A DNA stretch of 37,408 nt, taken from IMG/VR virus record IMGVR_UViG_3300049436_000016; one strand, written 5' to 3'. Made by a program: the position numbers and the translations under genes. The stretch comes from a virus. Positions 30,182 through 37,408 of this stretch are shown piece after piece. The notes beneath the pieces were generated by a model. The model had not been told where the DNA came from, made no database searches, and saw only the letters and a list, made by a program, of their open reading frames with translations. Position 1 is the stretch's first letter. Every line of letters starts with the position of its first letter.

Positions 30182-32693
30182 CAAGCAGGTTCAAGCCGCT
30201 GCCGGTGGTCGCAAACTCTCCGATTCAAAGATTCAAGCGATTGATGATGCCATATCCGGCAAGATGCGTGAACTCGCACGCCGCGACCCGCAGGGATGGC
30301 AGGCAAAGACCAAAGACCAGAGAGTAACCGAAGCGGCAATGGCGGCAATGGACGACATCACAGCCGCAGCACAGCGCAAGGAAATGCTTGCCGGAATGCA
30401 GGCTGTCAAGGTCGCGGAAACGCAATCGCGCATCGCTGACATGAAGAAGGCCAGCGCGATGAAGGTCACGCAGTCGCAAGCTGTGATCCGCGATATTCAG
30501 AACTCGCAGAACTACGTGCATGCCGTCCATGATGATGCAGTTTCCGGACTTGGCGACATGCTCGACGCAGCAGGAAACAAAGACGGAACAGGGCTTCTCC
30601 GAAATCTCGGCATGAAGATATTCAACCTTGACAACCCGGCGATGACTGCCGATGTCGTGCGCGAAGTGTTCAAGGGCGCTGATGGCCATACCGGCAACAA
30701 GGTCGCCAAGGCCGGCGCACAGGCATGGCTGGACACCATTGAAAAGATGCGTGTCCGGTTCAATGCGGCTGGCGGTGATGTTGGCCGGCTGGATTACGGT
30801 TACATCGGGCAGGCGCATGACACGGTGAAGATTCAGAGCGTCACCCCGGATGCATGGGCGGAAAAGGTTCTCCCGCTTGTCGACCGTCAGCGATACCTGA
30901 ATGAAGATGGTTCGATGATGAACACGGCGCAGGTCAAGCAAATGCTTGTTGCGGCGCATGCCACGCTCGCTAGCGAAGGCGCGAACAAGGTCGAACCTGG
31001 ACAGTTCAAAGGAACCGGCGCACGGGCAAACAGTGGCAGCCAGCATCGCGTTCTGCACTTCAAGGACGGCGATGCCTGGATGGAATACGTGAAGGATTTC
31101 GGCGAAGGTTCGCTGTATGACTCCATGCTTGGTCATGTCGGCGCGATGGCCCGCAATATCGGGCTGGTCGAACGCTACGGCCCGAACCCGGAGCAGACAT
31201 TCAGAGTTCAAGCAGACATCGCAGAACGGGCAGACGTTCGAGGATCGGCAAAGAATCGGTCATTCGGCAACGCGCCAGAGGCTTACTGGAACATTCTCAG
31301 CGGCAAGACCAGCAGCCCGGAAAACAATTTTGTGGGGCAGGTCGGGCAAGACGTTCGCAACCTTCAGACAGCGGCCAAGCTCGGAGGGGCGGTGATTACT
31401 TCGCTGACTGACGTGGGAACGATTGCGGCTACGCTCCACTATGACCGGCTTCCCTACTTCGACATGATGAAGAACCTCGGAAAGAATCTCGACAAGGATC
31501 ACAAGGAATTCTTGCGGGCGCATGGCGTCATTGCTGAATCGCTGACCAGCACCATGAACCGATGGACCGGAGACCATATGACCAATGGTTTGACCGGGCG
31601 CGTGGCGAACTCGGTGATGAAGATGTCTTTCATGAACGCATGGACGGACGGCCTTCGCTCGGCATTCTCCGCAACAATGATGCAGGGATTCGCCAAGAAG
31701 GTCGGCAAGTCATGGTCACAGCTTGACGAATGGGATCAGCACTTGATGACCCGCAAGGGCATCACCGAAGAAGATTGGAACATTATCAGCAAGGCCGATC
31801 CGACAGAGCGCAATGGTTCGAAGTACCTGACGCGTGATTCGATCCTGGAAACTGGCGACGGCGCAGAGGTTGCAGCAACCAAATGGATGGCCTTCGTTTC
31901 CGACGAAGCACAATTTGCAGTCATCAATCCGGACATGGCAACTCGCGCCATCGCAACAGGTGGCGGCATGCCAGCCGGTACGATCAAGGGCGAGGCAATG
32001 CGATCATTCATGCAGTTCAAGTCATTTCCGACTGCGATGATTACCCGCCATTGGGGCCGCATCTTCGATACGCCGCAAGGGCTTGAAGGTGCGCCAACTG
32101 GATTCGGTGCAAAGACGGAAAGCGGCGCAGCAATCAACCGCATGGCAGTCATGGCCGGGCTGAATGTTTCGCTGATGATGCTCGGCGCGATTGTCTTGCA
32201 AGAGAAGGCGATTCTCGGCGGGAAAGACCCCTACGACATGACACAGCCGAAGTTTTGGGCGAAGGCATTGGGGCAGGGCGGCGGCCTTGGCTATGTTGGC
32301 GACTTCATTACCAAAGACCCGACCGAACAGCGCGGCAGCAACTTCGAACAAGCTGGCGGCGTAGTGCTTGGCCCGGCCGGTGGTGCGGTGGCTGGTTTGG
32401 CCGGCGATCTGGTTCTGACTAACATGTGGGAAGCAGCCAAGGGCAAGGACACGCATGCGGCTGCTGAAGCGTTGCGCTGGACGAACTCACAGCTTCCATA
32501 TACCGGGCTTTGGCAAGTGCGCGGCGCGTGGGATCACTGGTTCATGCATAACGCACAAGAAGCGGTTAATCCCGGATACCTTGGCCGCATGCGTAGCCGG
32601 GCGATGAAGGACTGGAATCAGGATTACTTTTGGGCGCCGGGTGAAACCATGCCAGATCGGGCGCCGGACTTTTCAGCGATGGGAGGTAAGTGA
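30165..32693 (+). CDS. Large internal virion / ejection protein, gp16-position (842 aa)
   Basis: ORF track. Hydrophobic Gly/Ala-rich segments near the C-terminus. No lytic transglycosylase motif recognised. Confidence 0.7.
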   Translation: MHADCIKQVQAAAGGRKLSDSKIQAIDDAISGKMRELARRDPQGWQAKTKDQRVTEAAMAAMDDITAAAQRKEMLAGMQAVKVAETQSRIADMKKASAMKVTQSQAVIRDIQNSQNYVHAVHDDAVSGLGDMLDAAGNKDGTGLLRNLGMKIFNLDNPAMTADVVREVFKGADGHTGNKVAKAGAQAWLDTIEKMRVRFNAAGGDVGRLDYGYIGQAHDTVKIQSVTPDAWAEKVLPLVDRQRYLNEDGSMMNTAQVKQMLVAAHATLASEGANKVEPGQFKGTGARANSGSQHRVLHFKDGDAWMEYVKDFGEGSLYDSMLGHVGAMARNIGLVERYGPNPEQTFRVQADIAERADVRGSAKNRSFGNAPEAYWNILSGKTSSPENNFVGQVGQDVRNLQTAAKLGGAVITSLTDVGTIAATLHYDRLPYFDMMKNLGKNLDKDHKEFLRAHGVIAESLTSTMNRWTGDHMTNGLTGRVANSVMKMSFMNAWTDGLRSAFSATMMQGFAKKVGKSWSQLDEWDQHLMTRKGITEEDWNIISKADPTERNGSKYLTRDSILETGDGAEVAATKWMAFVSDEAQFAVINPDMATRAIATGGGMPAGTIKGEAMRSFMQFKSFPTAMITRHWGRIFDTPQGLEGAPTGFGAKTESGAAINRMAVMAGLNVSLMMLGAIVLQEKAILGGKDPYDMTQPKFWAKALGQGGGLGYVGDFITKDPTEQRGSNFEQAGGVVLGPAGGAVAGLAGDLVLTNMWEAAKGKDTHAAAEALRWTNSQLPYTGLWQVRGAWDHWFMHNAQEAVNPGYLGRMRSRAMKDWNQDYFWAPGETMPDRAPDFSAMGGK

Positions 32694-33016
32694 TGCGACA
32701 GGATCAAATCAGCCGTTTGCAAGACTTGGCCGAATCAGTCGGCGAAGTGTTTCTGGAAGAGGCCGACCCAAACAATTGGAACGGGGCCGGGCTTCCTCTA
32801 TCATCGCTGGATTCGGATACCCGAGGGAATCGCTATTGGGACAAGAAGAACGCCATTCAGACCGGTTCTTTGTTGGCGCGCATTCTCGACCTGAAGGACC
32901 GCGACAAGGGCCACGGCGCCCCGCCGACCCCGGAAGATGATGCAGACAAGGAAATCAAGCGTTTCGAGAAACAGGCAAAGGACTTGATCGGTGCAATCCA
33001 GCGCGGCGCGGGATAA
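32693..33016 (+). CDS. Probable small terminase subunit (107 aa)
   Basis: ORF track 32690..33016. GGGAGG lies 6 nt before the ATG at 32693. It lies directly upstream of, and overlaps, the large terminase gene. The call is positional only. Confidence 0.5.
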   Translation: MRQDQISRLQDLAESVGEVFLEEADPNNWNGAGLPLSSLDSDTRGNRYWDKKNAIQTGSLLARILDLKDRDKGHGAPPTPEDDADKEIKRFEKQAKDLIGAIQRGAG

Positions 33017-34646
33017 CGATCCGGGGATACGTTTCGTTGCCTTCTTCCTCGCATGGGCTAACCTCATGCGGTGGAAGGTTCCGAACATCCACATTCGCGC
33101 CTGTTACTGGCTGGCGACTCGCGGCGATCTGTCGGTGCTTCGGTGCTTCCGTGGCTTCGGTAAATCAACGCTGCTGGCCGTCTATAACGCCTGGCGGTAT
33201 TCGGAAAGCAAGGACTACCGGATTCTTCACCAAGGCGACCAAGACGGCACCGCATACAAGACCAGCCGCGACACCAAGCGGGTATTGATGCGTCACCCCT
33301 GGACGCGGCATCTTGTCGCGTTGCGTGGCGAATCTTCGTTCTGGTGGGTTCCCGGCGCTGACGATGAACGAAACCCGTCAATGCAGGCGGCCGGCATCAT
33401 GTCGAACATCACATCATCACGCGCTGACGAAGTGCAGAACGATGACGTCGAGGTTCCCCGCAATATCCGAACGCCAGAGGCGCGGGAAACGCTGCGCTAT
33501 CGGCTTGGCGAGCAGACGCACATTCTTGTCCCCGGTGGTCGCAAGCTCTACATCGGAACCCCGCACACGCACGATTCACTCTATGACGAGATGGAGTCTA
33601 TGGGCGCCGACTGCCTGACCATTCAAATGTTCGCCGACGAGTTCCGCGTCGAGAAGGCAACGGCCAAAGAATACCGCGTGCCGTTCAAGCCTGACTTTGT
33701 GTTTTCCGGGATCGGAAAGCAGTCGAAGCTATTGGCCGAAGGCGTTGATTTCACGCTGACCAAGAAGGGTATCAGGTTCGAAGAAGCCCCCGGTTGCCTG
33801 ATTGACTGCTATGCGGGAAGCGCATGGCCTGAACGATTCACCCGCGACGAGATGGAGAAGCGGCGCCGGGAGACACGCACGGTCAACGAGTGGGATTCGC
33901 AGTATCAACTCCACTCGAAACCAGTGTCGCAGATTCGCCTCGATCCGGATTGGATCATTCCGTATGACGTCGAACCGGTCATCAGGTACGCAAACCGCAC
34001 CGCGTCAATGTGGCTTGGGAAGGCGAAAATTGCCGGCATGTCGGCACGCTGGGACCCGGCGTCCGGGAAGATTCGCAGCGACGTTTCTGCATTTGCGCTG
34101 GTGCTGCAGGATGAATACGGCCGGCGCTACCTGCACCGTATGGAGCAATTGACTGGCGAAGTGGCGCAATTCACAGAGGACGGGAAGCGCATTATCGGCG
34201 GCCAAGTGTTCCAGATTTGCGAGCTTGTGCAGAAGTTCAGCATTCCGCGCATTACGGTCGAGACAAACGGCATCGGCGGATTCGCTCCGGCCGTCCTGAA
34301 GGCCGCACTGAAACAGAGAAAGCTAATCTGCGGGGTATCGGACGAACTCGCCATTGAGAACAAGAACAAGCGCATCCTTGAAGCCTACGAAGGCCCGATG
34401 TCATCAGGAATGATGTGGGGACATAGTTCAGTGCTGGACGGTCCGTTCAGGGGGCAGATGAAAGATTTCAATCCGGAAACCAAGAACAACGCCGACGATT
34501 ACCTTGACGCCGGCGCCGGGGCCATTACTGACACGCCAGAGCGCATCAATGTGCGCGTTGTGGAGGCAGAACGCGAGCCAGATCGGCACAACTGGCGCGG
34601 CAATTCCGGGGTGCATGAATACGAATTTAGTCGGGATTCCGCTTGA
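32991..34646 (+). CDS. terL: Terminase large subunit (T7 gp19-like)
   Basis: Walker A is FRGFGKSTLL; Walker B-like is ADEVQNDDVE; the nuclease-domain motif is DDYLDAGAGA. The GTG start at 32991 is uncertain. Confidence 0.88.
   Translation: MQSSAARDNDPGIRFVAFFLAWANLMRWKVPNIHIRACYWLATRGDLSVLRCFRGFGKSTLLAVYNAWRYSESKDYRILHQGDQDGTAYKTSRDTKRVLMRHPWTRHLVALRGESSFWWVPGADDERNPSMQAAGIMSNITSSRADEVQNDDVEVPRNIRTPEARETLRYRLGEQTHILVPGGRKLYIGTPHTHDSLYDEMESMGADCLTIQMFADEFRVEKATAKEYRVPFKPDFVFSGIGKQSKLLAEGVDFTLTKKGIRFEEAPGCLIDCYAGSAWPERFTRDEMEKRRRETRTVNEWDSQYQLHSKPVSQIRLDPDWIIPYDVEPVIRYANRTASMWLGKAKIAGMSARWDPASGKIRSDVSAFALVLQDEYGRRYLHRMEQLTGEVAQFTEDGKRIIGGQVFQICELVQKFSIPRITVETNGIGGFAPAVLKAALKQRKLICGVSDELAIENKNKRILEAYEGPMSSGMMWGHSSVLDGPFRGQMKDFNPETKNNADDYLDAGAGAITDTPERINVRVVEAEREPDRHNWRGNSGVHEYEFSRDSA
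34628..34641 (+). promoter_or_regulatory. Late-motif copy 3 (TAGTCGGGATTCCG)
   Basis: Identical 14-mer to 20471-20484. It lies in the last codons of terL, 50 nt upstream of the tail-fibre ATG. Confidence 0.45.
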
Positions 34647-34690
34647 TGCCATAAGGGACACTTTGGGCGTTCGAATTCGAGTTCCAGGCC

Positions 34691-36097
34691 ATGACCATCC
34701 CCGTTCAAGATGCAGTCACATCGTCGGTCGCCAATGGCGTCACGACGGTGTTTCCGTTCGGTTTCAAGATATTGTCCGAAGATGATCTTCAGGTTCTGCT
34801 TGATGACGTTGAGGCGACATCCGGTTTTACGGTTTCCGGCGTTGGCGAAGATACGGGCGGCAGTGTCACATTCTCAGTCGCTCCGGCTAATGGGGTAAAA
34901 GTCACACGGGCGCTGCAGCCAGAACTCAAGCGCGAAGTGGATTATCAGCAGTTTGGGGACTGGCTTTCTCCCGAAGTGAACAACGACTTCGACAGAATCT
35001 GGCTGGCCCTGCAGATGCTGAACCACAACGACAAGCGGTCGCTGCGTATCTCAATCGACAACATCGTCGACCAGACTATTCTGGAAACTCCCGCCGAACG
35101 CGCTGGGAAGATCATCGGCTTCGACGCTTCCGGCAATGTGATCCTGTACGCCGGCAATGATATTGATGTCGGTCTGGTCAGTGCAATGATTGCCAACTTC
35201 TTGGCAACGACTACCCAGCTTGATGCACGGAACATCATCGGTGCTGGTGACATGAAAATGTCAGAGGCGCAGGCGCAAACTGGCGTTGCATTCACTTCGG
35301 CGGGCAGCGCAGGAACTCTGACGGTGACGACATCCCCGGCCTATGGCGTGCTTGCTGCCGGGCAGAGAATGCGCCTGAAGTTCAATGTCGCCAGCACCGG
35401 GACGGACACGCTTAACCGTGACGCAACCGGCGCCAAGTCGCTGAAGCAATACGATTCGACAGGAGCCAAAGTAGCAGCGGCATTCGCGGCAAACCAATTG
35501 GCTGATGTCGTTTATGACGGAACCGATTACGTTGTTCTTGACCAGCTTCCAATATCGCCGCTGCCAAGTCAAACCGGCAATTCTGGAAAGGTTCTGACCA
35601 CAAATGGCGCCGTGGCATCATGGGGTAACGCGCTCCAATCTGGCACCGCTGTCGCAGCGACCTCTGGAACTGCGATTGATTTCACCGGAATTCCGACATG
35701 GGCGAAGCGGATCACTATCCTGTTCAATGGGCTGAGTGTCAGCGGAACAAATCCGATCCTTGTGCAGATAGGCTCTGGCGCAATCGTCAGCACTGGGTAC
35801 AGTTCAAACGCGGCTGGAGCAATTAACGGAACTGCTCAATCAATCGCATCTTCAACCGCTGGTTTCTTGTTGTTCAACGACAACGCAGCCGACGTTCGGT
35901 CGGGATCGATGACTATCGCCTTGGTTGGCTCAAACGCCTACGTTGAAAGCCATAACGCAGGCGGAACCGTTGGGCGGTCCATCGTGTTTTATGGCGGGGG
36001 AGCGATAACGCTGTCTGGAATTCTTGACCGCGTTCGAATCGCTGCGACTGGTGGTGATTCTTTTGATGCTGGTTCAATCAATATCCTGTACGAGTAA
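34691..36097 (+). CDS. Tail fibre protein with a T7 gp17-like N-terminal adaptor domain (468 aa)
   Basis: N-terminus ...VANGVTTVFPFGFKILSEDDLQVLLDDVE...VTFSVAPANGVKVTRAL...DYQQFGDWLSPEVNNDFDRIWLALQ follows the gp17 N-domain pattern. GNSGKVLTTNGAVASWG is a common fibre motif. Confidence 0.85.
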   Translation: MTIPVQDAVTSSVANGVTTVFPFGFKILSEDDLQVLLDDVEATSGFTVSGVGEDTGGSVTFSVAPANGVKVTRALQPELKREVDYQQFGDWLSPEVNNDFDRIWLALQMLNHNDKRSLRISIDNIVDQTILETPAERAGKIIGFDASGNVILYAGNDIDVGLVSAMIANFLATTTQLDARNIIGAGDMKMSEAQAQTGVAFTSAGSAGTLTVTTSPAYGVLAAGQRMRLKFNVASTGTDTLNRDATGAKSLKQYDSTGAKVAAAFAANQLADVVYDGTDYVVLDQLPISPLPSQTGNSGKVLTTNGAVASWGNALQSGTAVAATSGTAIDFTGIPTWAKRITILFNGLSVSGTNPILVQIGSGAIVSTGYSSNAAGAINGTAQSIASSTAGFLLFNDNAADVRSGSMTIALVGSNAYVESHNAGGTVGRSIVFYGGGAITLSGILDRVRIAATGGDSFDAGSINILYE

Positions 36098-36100
36098 ATC

Positions 36101-36433
36101 ATGCCAACGATCATTGAAGTCGATTTAAAAACGGGGGGTATATCCCAGCGCGAAATGACGCAGCAGGAAATTGACGCTATCCCGTCGGTCGTTGATTCAG
36201 CTCCGCAATCTATCGATGCCCTGCAAGGTTTGCTTGCACTCGACCGTGAAGGCATGGCCGGGTTCTACGAGACTTGGGCGAGCGCGCCGGATCGTACCTT
36301 TGCCCAGCGCGCCTTTATTGATAAGGCACTGACATGGAAGCGCAACGACCCGACTCTTAACGCGGCTGCGTCAGACCTTGGCCTTACATCAGCGCAGGTA
36401 GATTCATTGTTCCAACTGGCGGCGACACTATGA
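36101..36433 (+). CDS. Hypothetical protein downstream of the fibre gene (110 aa; possible fibre chaperone/assembly)
   Basis: ORF track. Positional inference only. Confidence 0.6.
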   Translation: MPTIIEVDLKTGGISQREMTQQEIDAIPSVVDSAPQSIDALQGLLALDREGMAGFYETWASAPDRTFAQRAFIDKALTWKRNDPTLNAAASDLGLTSAQVDSLFQLAATL

Positions 36434-36648
36434 GTGATCCAAAGACATCTATTGCAAGCTATGCGGCATCCGGTTCTCTGGTCATCTTCGGCATGTCGGC
36501 CAATGACTTTGCCGTGATGATCGGCCTCGTCCTGGCGGTCGCGACATTCCTGCTGAACTGGATTTACAAGCACCGCCACTTCAAGTTGATCGAGCGCCAA
36601 GTGAATGGCATGCCATTTCCTAAACTGGATATGACCGATGAAACGTAG
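36430..36648 (+). CDS. Holin (72 aa, two TM helices, charged C-terminus)
   Basis: SIASYAASGSLVIFGM and FAVMIGLVLAVATFLLNWIY are hydrophobic helices, followed by KHRHFKLIERQ. ATGA overlap with the upstream gene. Confidence 0.75.
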   Translation: MSDPKTSIASYAASGSLVIFGMSANDFAVMIGLVLAVATFLLNWIYKHRHFKLIERQVNGMPFPKLDMTDET

Positions 36649-36802
36649 CCTATCCGCCGCCGTCGCTTCGCTGCTGATTGTTATTGCGGGATGGCTGACG
36701 CAAGACTGTTCGGCGAGTGATCTTGAGTGTCATCTATCGAATTTCTACAAGTTCGCTGAGGCACTATCTGACGTAATCAATGCTACGCAGTATTTTCAAT
36801 GA
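36638..36802 (+). CDS. Small signal-anchor/secreted protein (54 aa; below the ORF-track cutoff), spanin-position
   Basis: Hand translation: MKRSLSAAVASLLIVIAGWLTQDCSASDLECHLSNFYKFAEALSDVINATQYFQ. It overlaps the holin end and forms an ATGA overlap with the next gene. There is no canonical lipobox. Confidence 0.5.
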   Translation: MKRSLSAAVASLLIVIAGWLTQDCSASDLECHLSNFYKFAEALSDVINATQYFQ

Positions 36803-37062
36803 TTGAGAATTGCTTGACCTATGCGCTGAGAACATGGCGCTATGGTCGAAAGACAGATCACCTGGACATCAGGTGCAGCCATTGGGGCTGGTTTCCCCAT
36901 TTTGCTGTGGTCTTTGAAATGGAAAACGGCGATCTCGAGAAGCGCGAATACGTTCCCCTATCCCCGCGAAAGCGCCTGCTTCCTCCGCTATTCTTCAAAG
37001 GCGTGGAGAAGATAACCTACTATCGAAAGGCATACGTCATCGATGGGCGCACAAATAATTAA
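36799..37062 (+). CDS. Hypothetical protein (87 aa) with an N-terminal NC..YA motif and conserved-looking His residues; last gene before int
   Basis: ORF track. MIENCLTYALRTWRYG...CSHWGWFPHF. Lower GC than the late operon. Confidence 0.65.
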   Translation: MIENCLTYALRTWRYGRKTDHLDIRCSHWGWFPHFAVVFEMENGDLEKREYVPLSPRKRLLPPLFFKGVEKITYYRKAYVIDGRTNN

Positions 37063-37106
37063 CCTTTCGCAGTGGAAAGCAGCGAATCCGCCGGCCCTGA
37101 TGCTGT

Positions 37107-37408
37107 TCAATCACAGCTTGGCGTGCGCTCTGGCGTGGCAGCGTCTGTGGCTGTCGATTGCTTTTCCTCGGCGCTCTTAACCAAGAAATAAATCCAATCG
37201 GCCCAGCCTTGCATCATTTCCCGACGCTCCGAAAGATACTCGGCGTGGTTGTACGACGCCTTGACCTTGTTGCGCTCGGCGTGGGCAAGCTGTCGCTCGA
37301 TAGCCTTCTCGTTCCAGCCGTGTTCGTGCAGGTAGGTCGATGCTGTCGACCTGAAGCCGTGGCCGGAGAATTCCCCACCGTACCCCATGCGCTCGATAGC
37401 CCGGTTGA
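37107..37408 (-). CDS. int: Integrase C-terminal segment (3' end of the gene whose 5' part is 1..1088)
   Basis: ORF track 37107..37388: ...GHGFRSTASTYLHEHGW...RQLAH...SYNHAEY contains the His-x-x-Arg and catalytic Tyr region of tyrosine recombinases. It is open to the right window edge. Confidence 0.93.
   Translation of the reverse strand, partial: NRAIERMGYGGEFSGHGFRSTASTYLHEHGWNEKAIERQLAHAERNKVKASYNHAEYLSERREMMQGWADWIYFLVKSAEEKQSTATDAATPERTPSCD
37282..37408. repeat. Right copy of the exact 127-bp terminal direct repeat
   Basis: Identical to 1-127. Confidence 0.95.

Noticed and set aside
36004-36012. ATAACGCTG on the plus strand inside the tail-fibre gene, identical to the box of elements E3/E5
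   Set aside because: No adjacent stable hairpin follows it. It is inside a coding region on the other strand, and 'taacgc' is not enriched on the plus strand (a handful of scattered hits).
34691-37062. Diversity-generating retroelement, as in BPP-1-like podoviruses, acting on the tail-fibre C-terminus
   Set aside because: There is no reverse-transcriptase ORF anywhere on the circle. I also saw no template/variable repeat pair near the 3' end of the fibre gene.

Overview
The window is a complete, circularly closed temperate phage genome. Bases 1-127 are identical to 37282-37408, giving a unique length of 37,281 bp, and the junction falls inside a P4-type integrase gene.

Layout:
- (a) int plus a repeat-rich candidate attP (1-1445).
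- (b) A leftward, lower-GC accessory block of small unknown genes (1.5-4.8 kb). It is interrupted by a counter-oriented two-gene cassette with a near-consensus sigma70 promoter (4.9-5.7 kb).
- (c) A leftward lambdoid early operon (5.7-9.75 kb): AlpA/Xis-like, wHTH, dUTPase, NinB, Gp157-like, SSB, Erf.
- (d) An immunity region (9.97-11.3 kb) with mirror-image PL/PR promoters, four TTAAAC-N5-GTTTAA operators, an S24-type CI repressor translationally coupled to a lipoprotein gene, and Cro.
- (e) A rightward replication/Nin block: initiator with internal iterons, DnaB-like helicase, NinG.
- (f) A T7-order podovirus structural module: portal, scaffold, capsid, decoration, gp11/gp12-like tube proteins, internal/ejection proteins, small and large terminase, gp17-like fibre. 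Three unusual inserts sit in it: an SGNH hydrolase between portal and scaffold, and two tandem GNAT acetyltransferases among the ejection proteins.
- (g) A holin-led lysis region in which I cannot recognise an endolysin.

No rRNA, tRNA, CRISPR array, IS element or reverse transcriptase was seen.

The most interesting sequence-level signals:
- Six copies of a 'TAACGCY + spacer + variable GC hairpin' element at successive junctions of the leftward accessory operon.
- A 14-16-bp motif (TAGTCGGGATTCCG) upstream of three late gene blocks.
- The self-contained promoter/operator cassette at 4.9-5.7 kb.

All functional calls come from reading the translations by eye; no database search was run.
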